The notes beneath the pieces were generated by a model that saw only the letters and a program-made list of their open reading frames with translations, did no database searches and was not told the DNA's origin. From NCBI GenBank assembly GCA_028534125.1, contig CM052816.1:40178001-40242000 (forward strand): a DNA stretch of 64,000 bases, given 5' to 3'. The stretch's first letter is position 1, and each line of letters opens with the position of its first letter. Made by a program: the position numbers and the translations under genes. Shown piece after piece: positions 50,699 through 63,886 of the stretch. Source of the DNA: Lama glama. Taxonomy: Eukaryota.

Positions 50699-52299
50699 AC
50701 CAGCTACACACAGGACATATGATATTTTGATGAAAACTAAAAATAGATTAGGTTTTCTTATTACCATGCTTTCTAACCTTTAGCATCAGGAACATTAGTA
50801 TCTGATATCATATCCAGAAATAAAAATGAATTTATACCCTATCAAGCAGAACTCATCCAGCTGCCATAAAAGTGCTCCATTGGATTAATACTGCATCTAG
50901 ACGAGCTACTGAGAACCTTTTTGGCCCTGGTGGCAGAACAGCAGCAACAATTAGGTGTCTGTGAAAACTAATGCCAAGGAGCCCCAGTAGCTGAAAGATG
51001 ACAGATAAGCTCCCACCCTTGCATTCATTATTGCAGTGAGGGCCAAACCAGAAGGGAGAAAGATGACCAAACAATTCTCCATCATTTTCAATCTGCCAAT
51101 TGCTACATGTACAAAAGCAAAATAAGTAATGTATCTGGTTTTTGGAAAATGTGTCAGTACTTCAAGAGCCCACCTTAAGTTGTACAAAACATACATACTT
51201 TGGAAGAAATAATCTTTGAGTTACTCTGCCATGAAACCAGCTGTGTTTGAGTGAGATCTGGAAACCCCATTCAAAGGCTCTTGATTGAGTATACTTTCCA
51301 CTCAGATGAACCATTAGCATTAATGAAAACCTATAAATCTTCTGCACATTTCAAATGAAAACTATCACAAATGCTTAACCACTGGTCTTGACAGGATATA
51401 CTTTGTGGAGTCTATGATGGGAATTTAAATTTGGGAAAAGAAGCAGAAAGAAAATGTTAGTCATCATGCCCACAATTATAGATCGGTGACTTAATGCTAG
51501 TGTATTTAGAGGGAGAGGGGGCATAGTCAAGTGATACTCATTTGGTCAAATGCTGGAAAGAAAAACATGATTCTAGTTAATGTGTTCCAACCCACATTGG
51601 AGACTAAACTAAGCAACAGCTACCCCAGGAACCTCAGGGGAAAATCTGTGGTAGTGTTGTTGCCAATGTCTGAGCAACACCAGAGACTAGTGGATTGAAA
51701 ATCACTCATTTATGTCTGTAGGAACTAGAGAAGGCCTTGACTCCATTCCTTAGCCATGAATTAATTCTCTCCCAGTTCTATTTCTACTATTCTCATATTT
51801 TGCTGTACCTCCAGCATAAATAGCTCTCAGAGCAACTTCTAATAAAAAACAAATGCATAGAGCTTCTTTAGTGTTAATAGTCTTACATTATAAAAAATAT
51901 GATCATCCAAAAATTAATTTAATTGGATTTCTAATCCAGGAGAAAGATGAAAGGGGGGCTATCAAAGGTTTATGAGCAACAGGAGAACATTTACCATTAG
52001 ATCAAGAACGGTCCCAGCTGACTGGAATGCTGGCACGTATGATACTTTATTGCTTTCTTGGGATTGATAAGATGTATTTGAACATATTCCCATCTTATCA
52101 GACTCCCTGGAGAGAAGACAATTTCTTGAAATATTCTTGAGGTCTCATACTTTATACTATTTGCCAAAAGTGAACATGATCTGATGGCTGATACATTTAG
52201 GTAGGAGTAAGGGCCTCCATCTGAAATAGGATTATATCATAAGCACACTGATCGACTTACTTAAGTTCTCTTTTCCAATGTGTACAAAGCTATTCAACG

Positions 52300-52460
52300 A
52301 AGAGATTAATTAAATTCTAAGTTAACTAATTCAAAATTATTATTTATATTCCCATTATATGTAAGATATTATGCTAGATACTTTTAGGGCATATGGAAAT
52401 AATTATAAACTAGTATGCCTCTAAATTTATATTCTAGTTGGAAAACAAGACCTGGATATT
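52300..52460 (-). mobile_element. L2 fragment
   Basis: attcaaaattattatttatattcccattatatgtaagatattatgctagatac. Confidence 0.55.
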
Positions 52461-53589
52461 GCAGATAGTAACAGTGATTGCTTAAGTAGTTGGAGACACT
52501 GCTAGCATTTGAGAGGAGGGACAGTGATACCAATGGCTTCAGTCCTGATAGAATTCTGCATGTCTACAGATCTTTGAATGTCTGACTGGAAATGTAGTTT
52601 AAAAATTTGTTTATAATTATGTGAGCCTAGACCTCTGTTTATAAATATGCACTGAGATCTTTTGCATGAATTTGGTTTATACTGAATTTTCCATTTTTAA
52701 TATGCAAGTCAAGGAAAGACTGCACTTTTATTTTCTTAACTTTACCAGGAATAGTTCATCATTTCAGAAATAACAGCCCCAAAGACAAAACAGCATTTGC
52801 GCTGCCAAAACCATATACTTGCATCAGTTTGTGTTTGTGCCTGTTGCACCCACAGGAGAAAGATACAGAGATGATACATTGATATCACTGTTTGAAAATG
52901 TCCCAGAGTGTAAAAAACTCAACAATTGTAATATGAATTCAATCAAAATCAAATTTATGGCTCTTCTGTCAAGATTTTTATTCTCCTAGTGAAGTAAAAA
53001 ACAAAACAAAAAATGCCAAAATTAAGTGGCAAACTTATAATGAAATTTCTCATTTTCTGATTTTCTCCAGTTCAGTTTGTAATTCAAGAGTACACCTGAC
53101 TAGCACTGTCATTTTAGTGAGAGGAACAATAAGGACCCAAATCATCATGGCACCGGCTCCAAGGATTATGTCCTGAGAATTAATTCTAAAGTCTTAAAAT
53201 GTGCTTTGAGCTCCTTAGAGACGTTACACATATATATATAAAATGTGTGTATACAAATATATGTGCAGATACATGATTGTAGTGAAGTTTGCATTAATTG
53301 TATGGCACCCGTATGTGATTTGCTAGGTAATTGCATCTAGAGGAAAAGTGTGTATTGCAATAACGAACACTCCAATAACAACTTTAAACAGTCATACAGG
53401 TCCTTGCCATTTCACACTTCTGTAATACCAATAACATCTTCAGGTAACTTCTTAGCCTGAACTGCTCTGGGATAAGAAAGCACAAAGCCCTGGCTAACAT
53501 CACAGAAGTGGAGAGGGGCAAAAACCCAGGGCTCAGAATGTAAATAGAAATTTATTTTAATTCTTCAACTGCAATAAAACAGAATAGTA

Positions 53590-53790
53590 ATTAATATTTC
53601 AGTAAATTACCCTGACATAAGCTAGGTGTTGTACAAATGTTACCTCATCTGATTTGCATACCAATCCAGTTTTACAAAGAGAAAACTTGACCTTGGGTTG
53701 TAGAGCCTAATAATATAACTTAGAGAACTGGGCAAGAGGAGATCAGAACCTGGATGTATCTGCCTGTAAAGACCAAGTTCTTTTCACAAG
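53590..53790 (-). mobile_element. MIR SINE (degenerate)
   Basis: cagttttacaaagagaaaacttga...gatcagaacctggatgtatctgcctgtaaagacc. Confidence 0.55.
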
Positions 53791-54574
53791 ACTGGTCTGG
53801 TGGGAGACAAGAAGGTTCTTTGGGGGAAGATACCATTATCATGAATTGGAGAACCAGTTTTTTTTGGGGGGGGCAGTAAAGGACAATGGCAAAAATCATA
53901 CCACATAACTAGTAGCTTTGCTAACTAGGAAGGTTCATAAAGTGGAGAGATCCCGAAATATTGGAGGGGTTTGTCAAATGCAGATTTGTCAAAATGAAAG
54001 ACAAGTGGCCTCTATACTGAATAAATTACAGTTTAGATACTGGCACCTTAATGAAAACAGGCATTTCATCTGGAGAAAATATTTGAAAAGGAAATGTATT
54101 GATTCCATTCAGAGTGGCAGCAGACAGAGTGGCTTTTGGGGAAATCATTTCTAAGTGCATTGGGCTGCTTCTTGCTTGCAGAACAGAAATTACTGACTAT
54201 TGGTTAAAATGCCATGTGAATTAATTTTCAGCCTCATTTATTCTCTGGCTGAGCATAAAGGCAACTTCAAAGGGAGAAAAATGGCCCCAATATGTGTTGC
54301 CACAAATTTTTTGAGAGATGAGAAATGCTAGCAACTAGTATGATTTAACCCTATATTCAAACAACTCTTACTATTGTGGTTAACAGTTCTGGGTGTGTCC
54401 ATTTTCAGAATGATAAAAAAGATTATTGTTTGATCTTAGATTTGAATTATTTCTTTTAGTATTATTTTCTTATAATTCCTTCAGTACAAGAAAATACATT
54501 TAAGCATTGAATCTACCTTCTGTAACTCTTCTCACCAGGACCTTAGCTGGATGATTTTATTAATTCTCTTTTCT

Positions 54575-54705
54575 TTTTTAAAAAAAGTTTTTTATTTAAT
54601 TTTTGAGGGAGGAGGTAATTAGGTTTATTTATTTATTTCGAGGTACTGAGGATTGAACCCAGGACCTCATGTATGATAAGCTACCAATTGAGCTATACCC
54701 TCCCC
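54575..54705 (-). mobile_element. Camelid tRNA-derived SINE (Vic-1 type) with TSD
   Basis: Minus strand ggggagggtaTAGCTCAATTGGtagc...cctgGGTTCAATCCtcagtacctc (Pol III A and B boxes), (taaa)n, A-rich tail; TSD ctcttttct at 54566-54574 and 54707-54715. Confidence 0.9.
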
Positions 54706-55375
54706 ACTCTTTTCTAATAAATGAGTCTCTCCTTCTCTGTAAGAATAGTTGTTAACTATTGGTTGTTGTTTTCTATGAGCCCCATGGATTAAACGATAGC
54801 TTCTCTAATTACTTAAAATAATTTCACCATATAAGATGATTCTTATGAAGATGAAACAATGTCTAAAAATTGTGATGAAATAGGTATACTTATTTCAGCT
54901 ATTGAAAAATGGGTGAAAAAGTGGCATGACAGTGACAGCCTTTGCATAGATCTGTGTGCCTCTAATAGTGAAGTAAGTTAAGATACATTCATTTCTGGGT
55001 GATTTCATGGCAGTAAGTTAAAAATTAAAAAAAAAAGAATCTAAAATAAGAGTGATATTTACCTTTTGCAGTCACAGAAGAATCCCCTGGGTGGGATAAT
55101 GCTGCTCCATTTTTGGTATCATTTAAGTTAGACTCAGATGACTAATTCTTTTAATCTCAACTTAACCTCAAAGAACAAAAGCCCACCTTTTGTTGGGCTG
55201 GTAGAACACTTTACGTGAACTTTGGTTCTTCACTGCCTGCTCTGCACTGCAGTGACAGAAAAGATTGAAAAACAAGATTGGAAAACTTTTTAACTGTCAA
55301 CTTAGAATGAAAAAAAAAGAAAGAAGATTCTTTAAGTTATATGTATCTGTACCAAAGTTTGTTTTTGTACTGCTG

Positions 55376-55413
55376 TCTCTCTCTCTCTCTCTCTCTTTTT
55401 TTTTTTTTTTTTT
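55376..55413. repeat. (CT)n plus poly(T) tract
   Basis: tctctctctctctctctctc followed by a long T run. Confidence 0.95.
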
Positions 55414-57049
55414 GATGAAGACTGCAAATTCTTTTCACGGTCACTTTTTATTATTAGAGCCCCTGGACAATCTGAGAGGTAACTAATATTTCCCTAAATC
55501 GATGTATGGCACTAGAGAAAGTAATGTAACCATTCCAATTATGGGGCATTGTAAAGGAGATTCTGGTGTGTACTGATTGAGGTGTGAGTGATCACAGCAC
55601 AACATTCCTTTTAGACAAGTTCTCTTATTTATTTTCTGAATGGACACATTACATAGCACACCCTAGGTCTCTGTTGTCAGAAGCCCCGGTTAAAGAATCA
55701 GATGCCAAAATAATAAAACATAAACCACTGAAATCCTTGTGTTTATGTCAGTGATGGACCAAAGAGAAATACCTGACTCACAGATGCAAATAGAGAGGTG
55801 GCTGCTGCCTCAAAGACGAGGCGTACTCTGCCTACTCACACTGCATCACAGCAGAATGAATTGGTCCGTAGAAAAATGCTTCAGGTAACTGAGGTATACA
55901 TTCTCATAACGAGTAAAATAAAATAAGACTTCATTTAGCTATTGTACTTCTAAAACTCTTTAAAAACAGATTATATTATCTCACATTCCTCTTTTTATAA
56001 ACAGAGGATATTGGTAATAATTGAAACTTTTCTTGATATCTCAGATGATGATGATGTTGATTATTATTATTAATATTATTACTATGTCCAACATAGATAC
56101 AGTCACTCAGCAATGTATCAGATTCAGTTTTTCTATCTTCTTTGCTATAAAACTGTAAATTATTCCTTCTCACATATTTTCTCTTTCTTCAGCAAGAGTC
56201 CTTCTACCTTTTAAAAAAATGATTTGGACAAGATTTTTAAAATAAAAACTAACTACTAAGAATCAGAAAATAAGGACATGATGGTTTCTCTCAGCTGTGC
56301 TCTACAGTTCTAAATTGATTCCTTGGAACTATTTCTCTAACAAAGATGAAGTAATTGAAAATTGATTGATTCTTCTGTCTTTACAGTTAAAAAAAAAAAA
56401 ACCTAGAAAATATTTATGAAATAATGGTGTCCTTAGGACAGTGGACATTAGGCAATGAAAGTAAATTGCCCCTCAGACACAAGAAACACATTAGATGAGT
56501 CTTACAATTATTTTATCTCAGTTCTTGGAGAGCTTCTAAGTCAAGACTAGAGGACGGGGATCCCAGTTGGATCACAGTAATTTCCTGAGTTGAGGAGACT
56601 GAACTGAGAGTGTGGTGGAACCAGAGTGGCTAGAATTACATCACTGAGTGCTGGATTGGAAAAAGTTGTTTAAACAGAGAATTCCAACTATCTTCTGAAG
56701 GTTGTCCATGAATAGTTAGCAGAGTACTTGTCAACAAAGGAGGAAACTACCTGAGACTGAGGAAAGATATGCAAAAAGGATTAGAAGTACTACTGCCTGA
56801 TGCTCACACAGACCTAGGAATAGTGCCCGCTCCCAGCAGCCAGAACGGAAACACATGTAGTTCACAGGGCATTGAGTAGAACAGCCAAAAACATTTTGCC
56901 ACGTTAATGGAATGATTAAACCTATACTAAGCATTTTCTGAACTCACCTAAAAAATCTTAAAAGCAAGACCTGAAAGGACCAAACTATTTCTGGCTACTA
57001 AATTATGACCCCAATCAGAGCTCCAGACATATTTATAACACAAAAATAA

Positions 57050-57347
57050 TGAAGGTCATGTGTCAAAGAATGTGGTGGCCTCTAGAAGCTGGAAATGACT
57101 CTTAGTTATAGGCAACAACAAAATAGAGATCTTGGTCTACACTGACAGTAACTGAATTACGCCAACAACCTGAATGAGGAGGAAGTGGATTCTCCCCTAG
57201 AGAAGGATGCTATCTGCCAATTCCTTGATTTACTCTAGTGACTTATACTGAATTTCTGACTTACAAAACTGTAAGACCATAAAAATGTGTTCTCTTAATC
57301 ACTAAGCTGGTGGTAATTTGTTATAGTAGCAATAGAAAACTAAAGTA
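57050..57347 (+). mobile_element. MaLR LTR 3' half (MLT1E-like)
   Basis: gtggcctctagaagctggaa...gccaacaacctgaatgag...gtggtaatttgttatagtagcaatagaaaactaa. Confidence 0.85.
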
Positions 57348-57964
57348 ATAAACAAACTGCTCAAAAAGATGAAGAGAAAATCCTTTACAGGACCTAGGGC
57401 GTGGGATATATTATGTAGAGAGGCAAAACTATAAGAATGTGAACACACTTATTGTCAAAATCATTGAAAACAAAAAGACACTGGAATAATATCTTAAAAG
57501 TACTAAAAGGAAAAAAATGAACAAACCTATTAACACAGATGTCTATACTCATTTCAATTACTTTTCAAAAGAAAGTGAAATAGAGACTTTTCCAAGCATG
57601 AAAAAGCAGAAAGAATGTATCTTTAAAGACTTCCACTACAATAAATAAAGAATGTCCCTCAGCAGAAGATAAATGATACAAAATCAAAATATGGATATAC
57701 ACTGAAATGAAAAGAGCTAAAAATTGCAAGTACATGTGCAAATACATGAAAAAATTTTATTACTATTATTTAAATATCTTTAAGAGATAACTAGTCAATA
57801 ATAATGACATATTAGGGACTTTATTATAAAAGGTAAATATATGATAGAAAATAGCGCAAAGGTAAGAAAGAGAGAAATAAAGGTATACTATTGTGAGTTT
57901 TCCTAAGTATATTTAAACTGGTATAATATCACGTGAAGGTAGACCGTGATAAGTTAAGCATGTA

Positions 57965-58389
57965 CAAGTATCCCCTACTCCTCAAAAGTTCATTTCATGC
58001 CACTTTGCTTTTATAAAAGACCTACATTAATGTCTGTTTTCACTAACCAAAAGAAATCCAAAGAGGATTTTCGCTTTTACAAAAAACAAGTAAAAAGCAA
58101 GAATAGCATTCAGCTTTTGTTTTACCATGAGCCATTCGAGAGGCAGTGAGCACCTGGAGCAGCAAGGGTGGCACTGCCAAGCTCCTTCCCCAGGGATTAC
58201 ACTCAGCATCTCAGCATCAAGCTGCCAGAGTTTTGAGCTGTATCTGTGAGCATCCTGTGCTTTATCTTGATTTATTTTGTGAATCTGATAGCAAGGTGTG
58301 CCCAAAGGTATACTTCTTTGCTTTACACCATTTCAGATAATGAAAGTTTTGAAAGGAATGCTCTACTTTTCAATAGTAATAGAATCTTG
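57965..58389. mobile_element. TcMar-Tigger MITE (Tigger5/MER47-like)
   Basis: TA|caagtatcccctactcctcaaaag ... ggaatgctctacttttcaatagtaatagaatcttg; degenerate TIRs; L1 sequence resumes on both sides. Confidence 0.8.
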
Positions 58390-59049
58390 CATATTATAAA
58401 TCCTAGTAACCACTAAAGTAACCACTAAAAAGTTTTAATAACAAATAATGTTAGGGATTGTCATCTTGGATACCAAAGCAAGGGCTAACTCTTTGCTGCC
58501 TATAAGAAACACACTTTAAAACTAAGGATACAAACAGGTTAAAAGGAAAAGAATGGAAAAAGAAGGCCTGAAGAGCTATATTAACATCAGAAAAAAAAAC
58601 TTTAAAATTAATAATAATTCCAGAAACAAGATCATTTTATAATATAAAGTAGTAATCCATTAAGACAAAGTAATAATTCTAAGTGATTATGCAATTAGTA
58701 GAAGAAATTCTAAATACATAAATTATAAAATGATAAAACTACTAGGAGAAACAGACAAATCCAAAATGATAGGGGTTTTAATAACCCTCAAATGGGGGTC
58801 CCCCATTATATGAATTATATGAATAAGTAGAGAATATGCACAAAAAGAAAGTACACAATAAAGGTGAATTCCACTTCATCTATTTAAATTTAATAATTTC
58901 AGTACTATAGTTTAGTTTTTGGATGTCCTTACTTGCTAGATGTTCTGTTAAAGTATTAATATTGTTTTGTTTACAACTTATGTATCTTTAAAATATTAAA
59001 AATAATCCATTCTACAAGTTCACTCTACAAATAAATTTTGGGCAAATTC

Positions 59050-59170
59050 TTTGTGGGAAGTTTTAGAGACATGGTGAACAAAACAGACACAATTCCTAAC
59101 CACATGGTGCTTTAGTCTTGTAGGAAAAAGACATTCATAAATTGCTAAAAAAAAAAAAAAAGAATGTGGT
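59050..59170 (-). mobile_element. L2 fragment
   Basis: tagagacatggtgaacaaaacagacacaattcctaaccacatggtgctttagtcttgtagg. Confidence 0.7.
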
Positions 59171-60629
59171 AAGTGAATCAATTATCGTTCTAGAAGTGTC
59201 TGTCATTAGATCCATGTCACTATGCAGAGTTGGCTAGATACATTTCTGGTCTTGGTCTAGGTGTTTCTAAAAGCCCCTCACTTTATTTAAGTTTCCACAA
59301 GTAAGAGCTGTGAAAATGAAAATGAGGTGCTTTGCTTCTTACTTGCATTAGAAAGGTATGCACAAAAAGAGAGAGTGAACCTGGGATAGTAGATCTAAGT
59401 ACAGAAACACCTAGCTTGCCTCCTTCATGTATCTAAAATGCATAAGTTGCCTTTTTTATGTATCTAAGATTATGAAGGCGAAACATAAGGGACTATACTT
59501 TTAAAACAACTGTTATTACCATAAGAAACAAATATCCCTGCATCTGTCATTCCAAGAGGTAAGGGACAAAGTGGATTGGACCTGTGGTTGCTTTGGAGGG
59601 TAGTGCAAGTTGTGCCATGCACAATACTGGGGAAGCCACTCATGGCAGGCTTATACACACGTGATGTACATGAATACTTATGGGGACCCTTAGTAGACTT
59701 CTATATAAACTGCTGCTATTAAATTCTGGAACAGGATAACACTCAGCTTTTGTATCTTGCAGAGATAGTAAACAGACCAAGATCTACTGATCCACCCATG
59801 TAGGGTGCCAGGACTAGTCAAAGAGAGAAGCTTTCCTGTACAGTCAAAGAGAGGTTTCTTCCCTCGTATCTGCCAATACCATAGTCTAGTAAGTTTTTTG
59901 TCAGAGTTAATAACATTAAGGTAAATTGACAAATTCAACAGGTAACCAGAGAGCTGAACTAGCAAGCCTTTGAGAGTCTGAGAGCTATTTGTGTCACCAT
60001 CCTGAATAAACATCTGAAAGGCAGTTAAATGTGTGTATGCAGATTAACACAATGGGTAGAAAACTTCCAGAAGTTGTCATTTTAATCACTATTACTTTCT
60101 CATGCTCTTTCCTGGGTTTGACATTTTGAGGAATGCTTTCTATAATGTTTAAATTGCATCAGCCAAGAATTATTCTGACATATGATGTGTGATAAATAGG
60201 TAACTGTGTAAGTCTTTAATGGGCAATAATTTTGGAGGAACCTAAAAAAATCCATTTAATATCTAATAATGTACCATGATTACTAACCTGGTGTGAATAA
60301 AAGCAAAGCAGGACTTCCTTCCACAGGTCTAGCTGACCTAATGCCTTTAATAGATAGTAATTAGTCTAATCAATGACAATCTTTGGACTTTATATAGCAC
60401 AATTCAATGGTGCTAAAAGATGTCTTCCCAGGGAGAATTATTAAGGGTATCGGGTAATAATGCTGAGAAAGATACAGTAGCTGTCAGAAGTTCTAGTTCA
60501 CAGGGTTAGCAGCAATGCTTTTTTCTTTTTTAACCACTAACGACCTTTGACTTACAGATCCTATTCAAACTTTGAGCAAAGGAGCCAGGAAATTCTGCTT
60601 TCTTCCACTGTCTTTATTCAACGTACTTC

Positions 60630-60740
60630 TATTCATTTCCTTATTCACTTCACAAATATTAATTGAGGAGCCTCTGTATGCCTGGTACTGTGCTAGGTAA
60701 GAGGATAAAATGATGAACAAAAACAGACCCAGATTCTGAA
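60630..60740 (-). mobile_element. L2 3' fragment
   Basis: caaatattaattgaggagcctctgtatgcctggtactgtgctagg...gatgaacaaaaacagac. Confidence 0.8.
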
Positions 60741-62229
60741 AAGTAAAATTAACCTTTTTACGTTAAAATGTACTATGTGTAAATTTAAATAGGTGAGTAA
60801 TTAGTGATGATTTCAGATTGCTAACAGCTTCAAATACTCCTTGTCTGTGCCTGGTGAGGACAGAAGTGAGTAGAGAAAGAAACGCACAACTGTGAGGGAC
60901 TTAAGAGAGAAAGGTGATCCAAGATCTGTCTCCTTGTGGTACCCTAAAGGCATGAGAGAAAGGAATGACCCTCTCTCCTTATTTTACTCAGTCTAATGCT
61001 AAGATGTAAATAATATATATTTTTAGTAAAATCAGCATTTTGTCATTGAGTCTAACATTCAGATGCTTTTCATTATGCTAATTCACTGTATTTATTATAG
61101 GCAGGGAAACTTCACCGAATTTTAGGGCACTGTAACCAAAATGAGCCTAGTTGTTGGCTGTTAAAATCATAATGTAAATTTTAAACATGATTTTAAAAAT
61201 ATATAGGCTGAAAGAGGGGAAGTAAATATTCATAAAGTGGCACCAAATAATATTTACTCATTAAATATGATAGTCATAAAAGAGCATGTTTATTACTATG
61301 GTATTATCATGAGATCCTATTCTTAACAGTTTATCCAGATTTGGGATGAATAGAAAACTACATAAATTTCTTTGTGGTTATGTACATAAATAGTGAAAAG
61401 TGCTAAGAAAGAAGTATTTCGTTCCTACTCCCTAGAGGAAATAGCACTTGGAAATTTTACAGATGAAAGTTGCTAAAAAGAAATGTATGAAAAGCTGAGC
61501 AGAGAAAGAGCAGGAATTCATTAGTAATCCATCTGCCTTGAATCAGCCAGCCTCCCTACCTTATTTCCAGAAATTTGGCCACTGGTAACTTTTATTGCTG
61601 CTTTTGAGCCACTGGCGTATTCCATTCTCAAGACTTCTTAGACCCTTCTCTTAAAATCCACTCAAGGAGGGTTGGGATGGGAAGAACTCAGGCAAAAAGT
61701 TATGGACAATGATGCTTTTGGAAAAACTTTCCCTGAGAGAAGAATTTTTAAATGCTTACATGAGGGGAGTAAAAAATATTCCTCATGATGATGACACTTG
61801 TCTAGTTCCTCTTTATAGATTCTCTTGCTCTTGGAACTTTACACAGCTTTTAGAGACACAGCAACTAAGAACTCTAGAAGGGGTATAGGTGAGTGACTTA
61901 GTGACAATTTTCCTTGTGTCTGTGTTTCCAAGCCTCTCTTCAGGGGCCTGCAAAGTGCCTGAAAGATGTGATTTTGTATAAATCAAAAGGCAGACATGGA
62001 TCAGGTAGGCAAAAGGAAGCTCTGTGCATCAGTTATGTGCTACACGTACGTCAGGCATTCCATACAGATTTGGGGAAAGCGCAAAATCCCCAGGTGGCCT
62101 GGCTTTTCTTCCATAACTAATTCTTTTCAGGATATAAAGGTAGAGGTTTCTACAAAGACATGGTCTGGAGACTGTCCTAGCTTAACACTCTGGCTATATT
62201 TATTGTCCACTGGCTTTTCTTCTTGGTAG

Positions 62230-62362
62230 TTGTGTAATATGAGCACCTGCTTGTTATCAGACAGACTGTAGGTTGAGTCATGGTGACAGAGTGATGAACA
62301 GCACACATACAGAATGTCTCTACTCCCATGGAATTTAGAGTCTTAGTCTCTAGTGGGACAGT
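62230..62362 (-). mobile_element. L2 fragment
   Basis: tgagcacctgcttgttatcagacagactgtagg...ctcccatggaatttagagtc. Confidence 0.6.
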
Positions 62363-63599
62363 ATCAGAATTCTTCAAGTCTTAATTGATTAGAAAATGGT
62401 ACACATGAAGAGAAATAGAAAAGATTTATGCCCCTCACCCTTTTGTTTGTGGTTAATATGTACCCTAATAGATATTAACGTGGTCTTTGAGGACCATGAG
62501 GAACAAGTAGACTATGATTATCTTTGTTTGATTTTGTTCATATCAGTGAATCATGATCACAAGAATAAAGCCTTTCAATAAAGATGCTCAACTGAATGAA
62601 ATGTAGCCATCTTGCCTGCAGGGTCTCATTAGTATGCACAATTGTACTGAAAGAAACCGTTGAGTATATCGGAGCACACGTTCTCTGTCACAATGAAATG
62701 CGGCTCTGATGACATGGAACTGTGTTTGAATCATGGTCTGTAATGTGAAAACATCACCGAAATTTACCTAAGACCCCTCATGTGATCAACATTATTAGTT
62801 TAATGAACCTTGACCCACCAGAGCAACTGTCCTCATGCAGTAGAGAGAACTTGTTTAACTCTCTGGCAGTTCCATTGGGTTTTGCATTAATTAGTCAACA
62901 TCCATATAATTACATATTCCCTAATTGATTCTGACAAAACATTCACACAGGTGTAGGCAGAATATTGTCTTTGGAACTTCAAAAATCATTAGACACATCT
63001 TTAAAAAAAATGACTTCTTAAAGTCAAATCACCTGTTTCCTTGAAAATAAAGGTGATGTCATATTGACTAACCCAGATGCCCAGAAAAACTATACTGAGA
63101 TCAAGTTAATACAAAGTTAAGTTTTAAATTGCAAATCTACTGGAGAAAAAGATTTGATCCTATATTTTTACATGATCTGAGTATCTGTGAACCAAAGACT
63201 ATGTATATGTACAGTAAATAAATATATGTACTGACTACTAGGTCAGACTGAAGAGTGTATTGTTTTATTATAGATTTATTCATTTATTTTTTCTAGCCCT
63301 GAGGAGTACCTACTTTGGTGGTGGAGAGTGTAACTTCTGGTTTTTGCTTATGTACACCTGGTAGGCTTGAGCAGAGTGAAAATTAAATAACAATATATTG
63401 TCAAAGCAAAGTGAGACTGTACATAGTGGGGTCACTGGTTGTCTCATAAAGAAAAGCAATATAGAGTAATAAAGAACTTGAATACATGACATGACAAAGG
63501 GAGTTACTTTGTTACTCAGTTCTCTGTTCTCACATATGTAACTTTAAAGGACTGAATTCGATGTTTTCTGTAGTTTGAAGAAAGCTCATCACTTTATAA

Positions 63600-63880
63600 T
63601 TCTGTGAATAAATAATATCAAACACCAATCTGGAGATTTTATCTAATATGATTACACAAGAAAAAGAAATAAGATATGTGAATATCAGAAGAAAAAATCA
63701 AAAGAAATATTGTCAGACAATATGTTTGCATAAGTAGAAAATCAAGAAAAAAGATAGATAACATGTATATATAATAAGCCCATAATGTAAGTAAACAAAT
63801 CAGAGTTTTCCATATGTTTGCAGTGACAAACTTAAAATATAGTAGAAATAATAAACCTGTTTTTCCAAAACAGAATATAT
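63600..63880 (+). mobile_element. Old L1M ORF2 fragment
   Basis: caagaaaaagaaataagatatg...gtcagacaatatg...gtagaaaatcaagaaaa. Confidence 0.55.
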
Positions 63881-63886
63881 AAAATA

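Larger units (their letters stand above)
56405..58830 (+). mobile_element. Old L1M 5' region/ORF1 to start of ORF2, interrupted by MLT1 and Tigger
   Basis: L1M 5'-end-like sequence (ttcctgagttgaggagactgaactgagag), ORF1-type ggaataatatcttaaaagtactaaaagg, ORF2-start-type ctgcctataagaaacacactttaaa. Confidence 0.8.

Noticed and set aside
54640..54705. tRNA-like sequence with A and B boxes
   Set aside because: It is the head of a SINE with tail and TSD, not a tRNA gene.
58791..58807. 8-bp inverted repeat aatggggg-t-cccccatt
   Set aside because: Short, inside decayed L1, within chance expectation.
62700..62770. TGATGA box C-like motif suggesting a C/D snoRNA
   Set aside because: No suitably placed CTGA box D or terminal stem.
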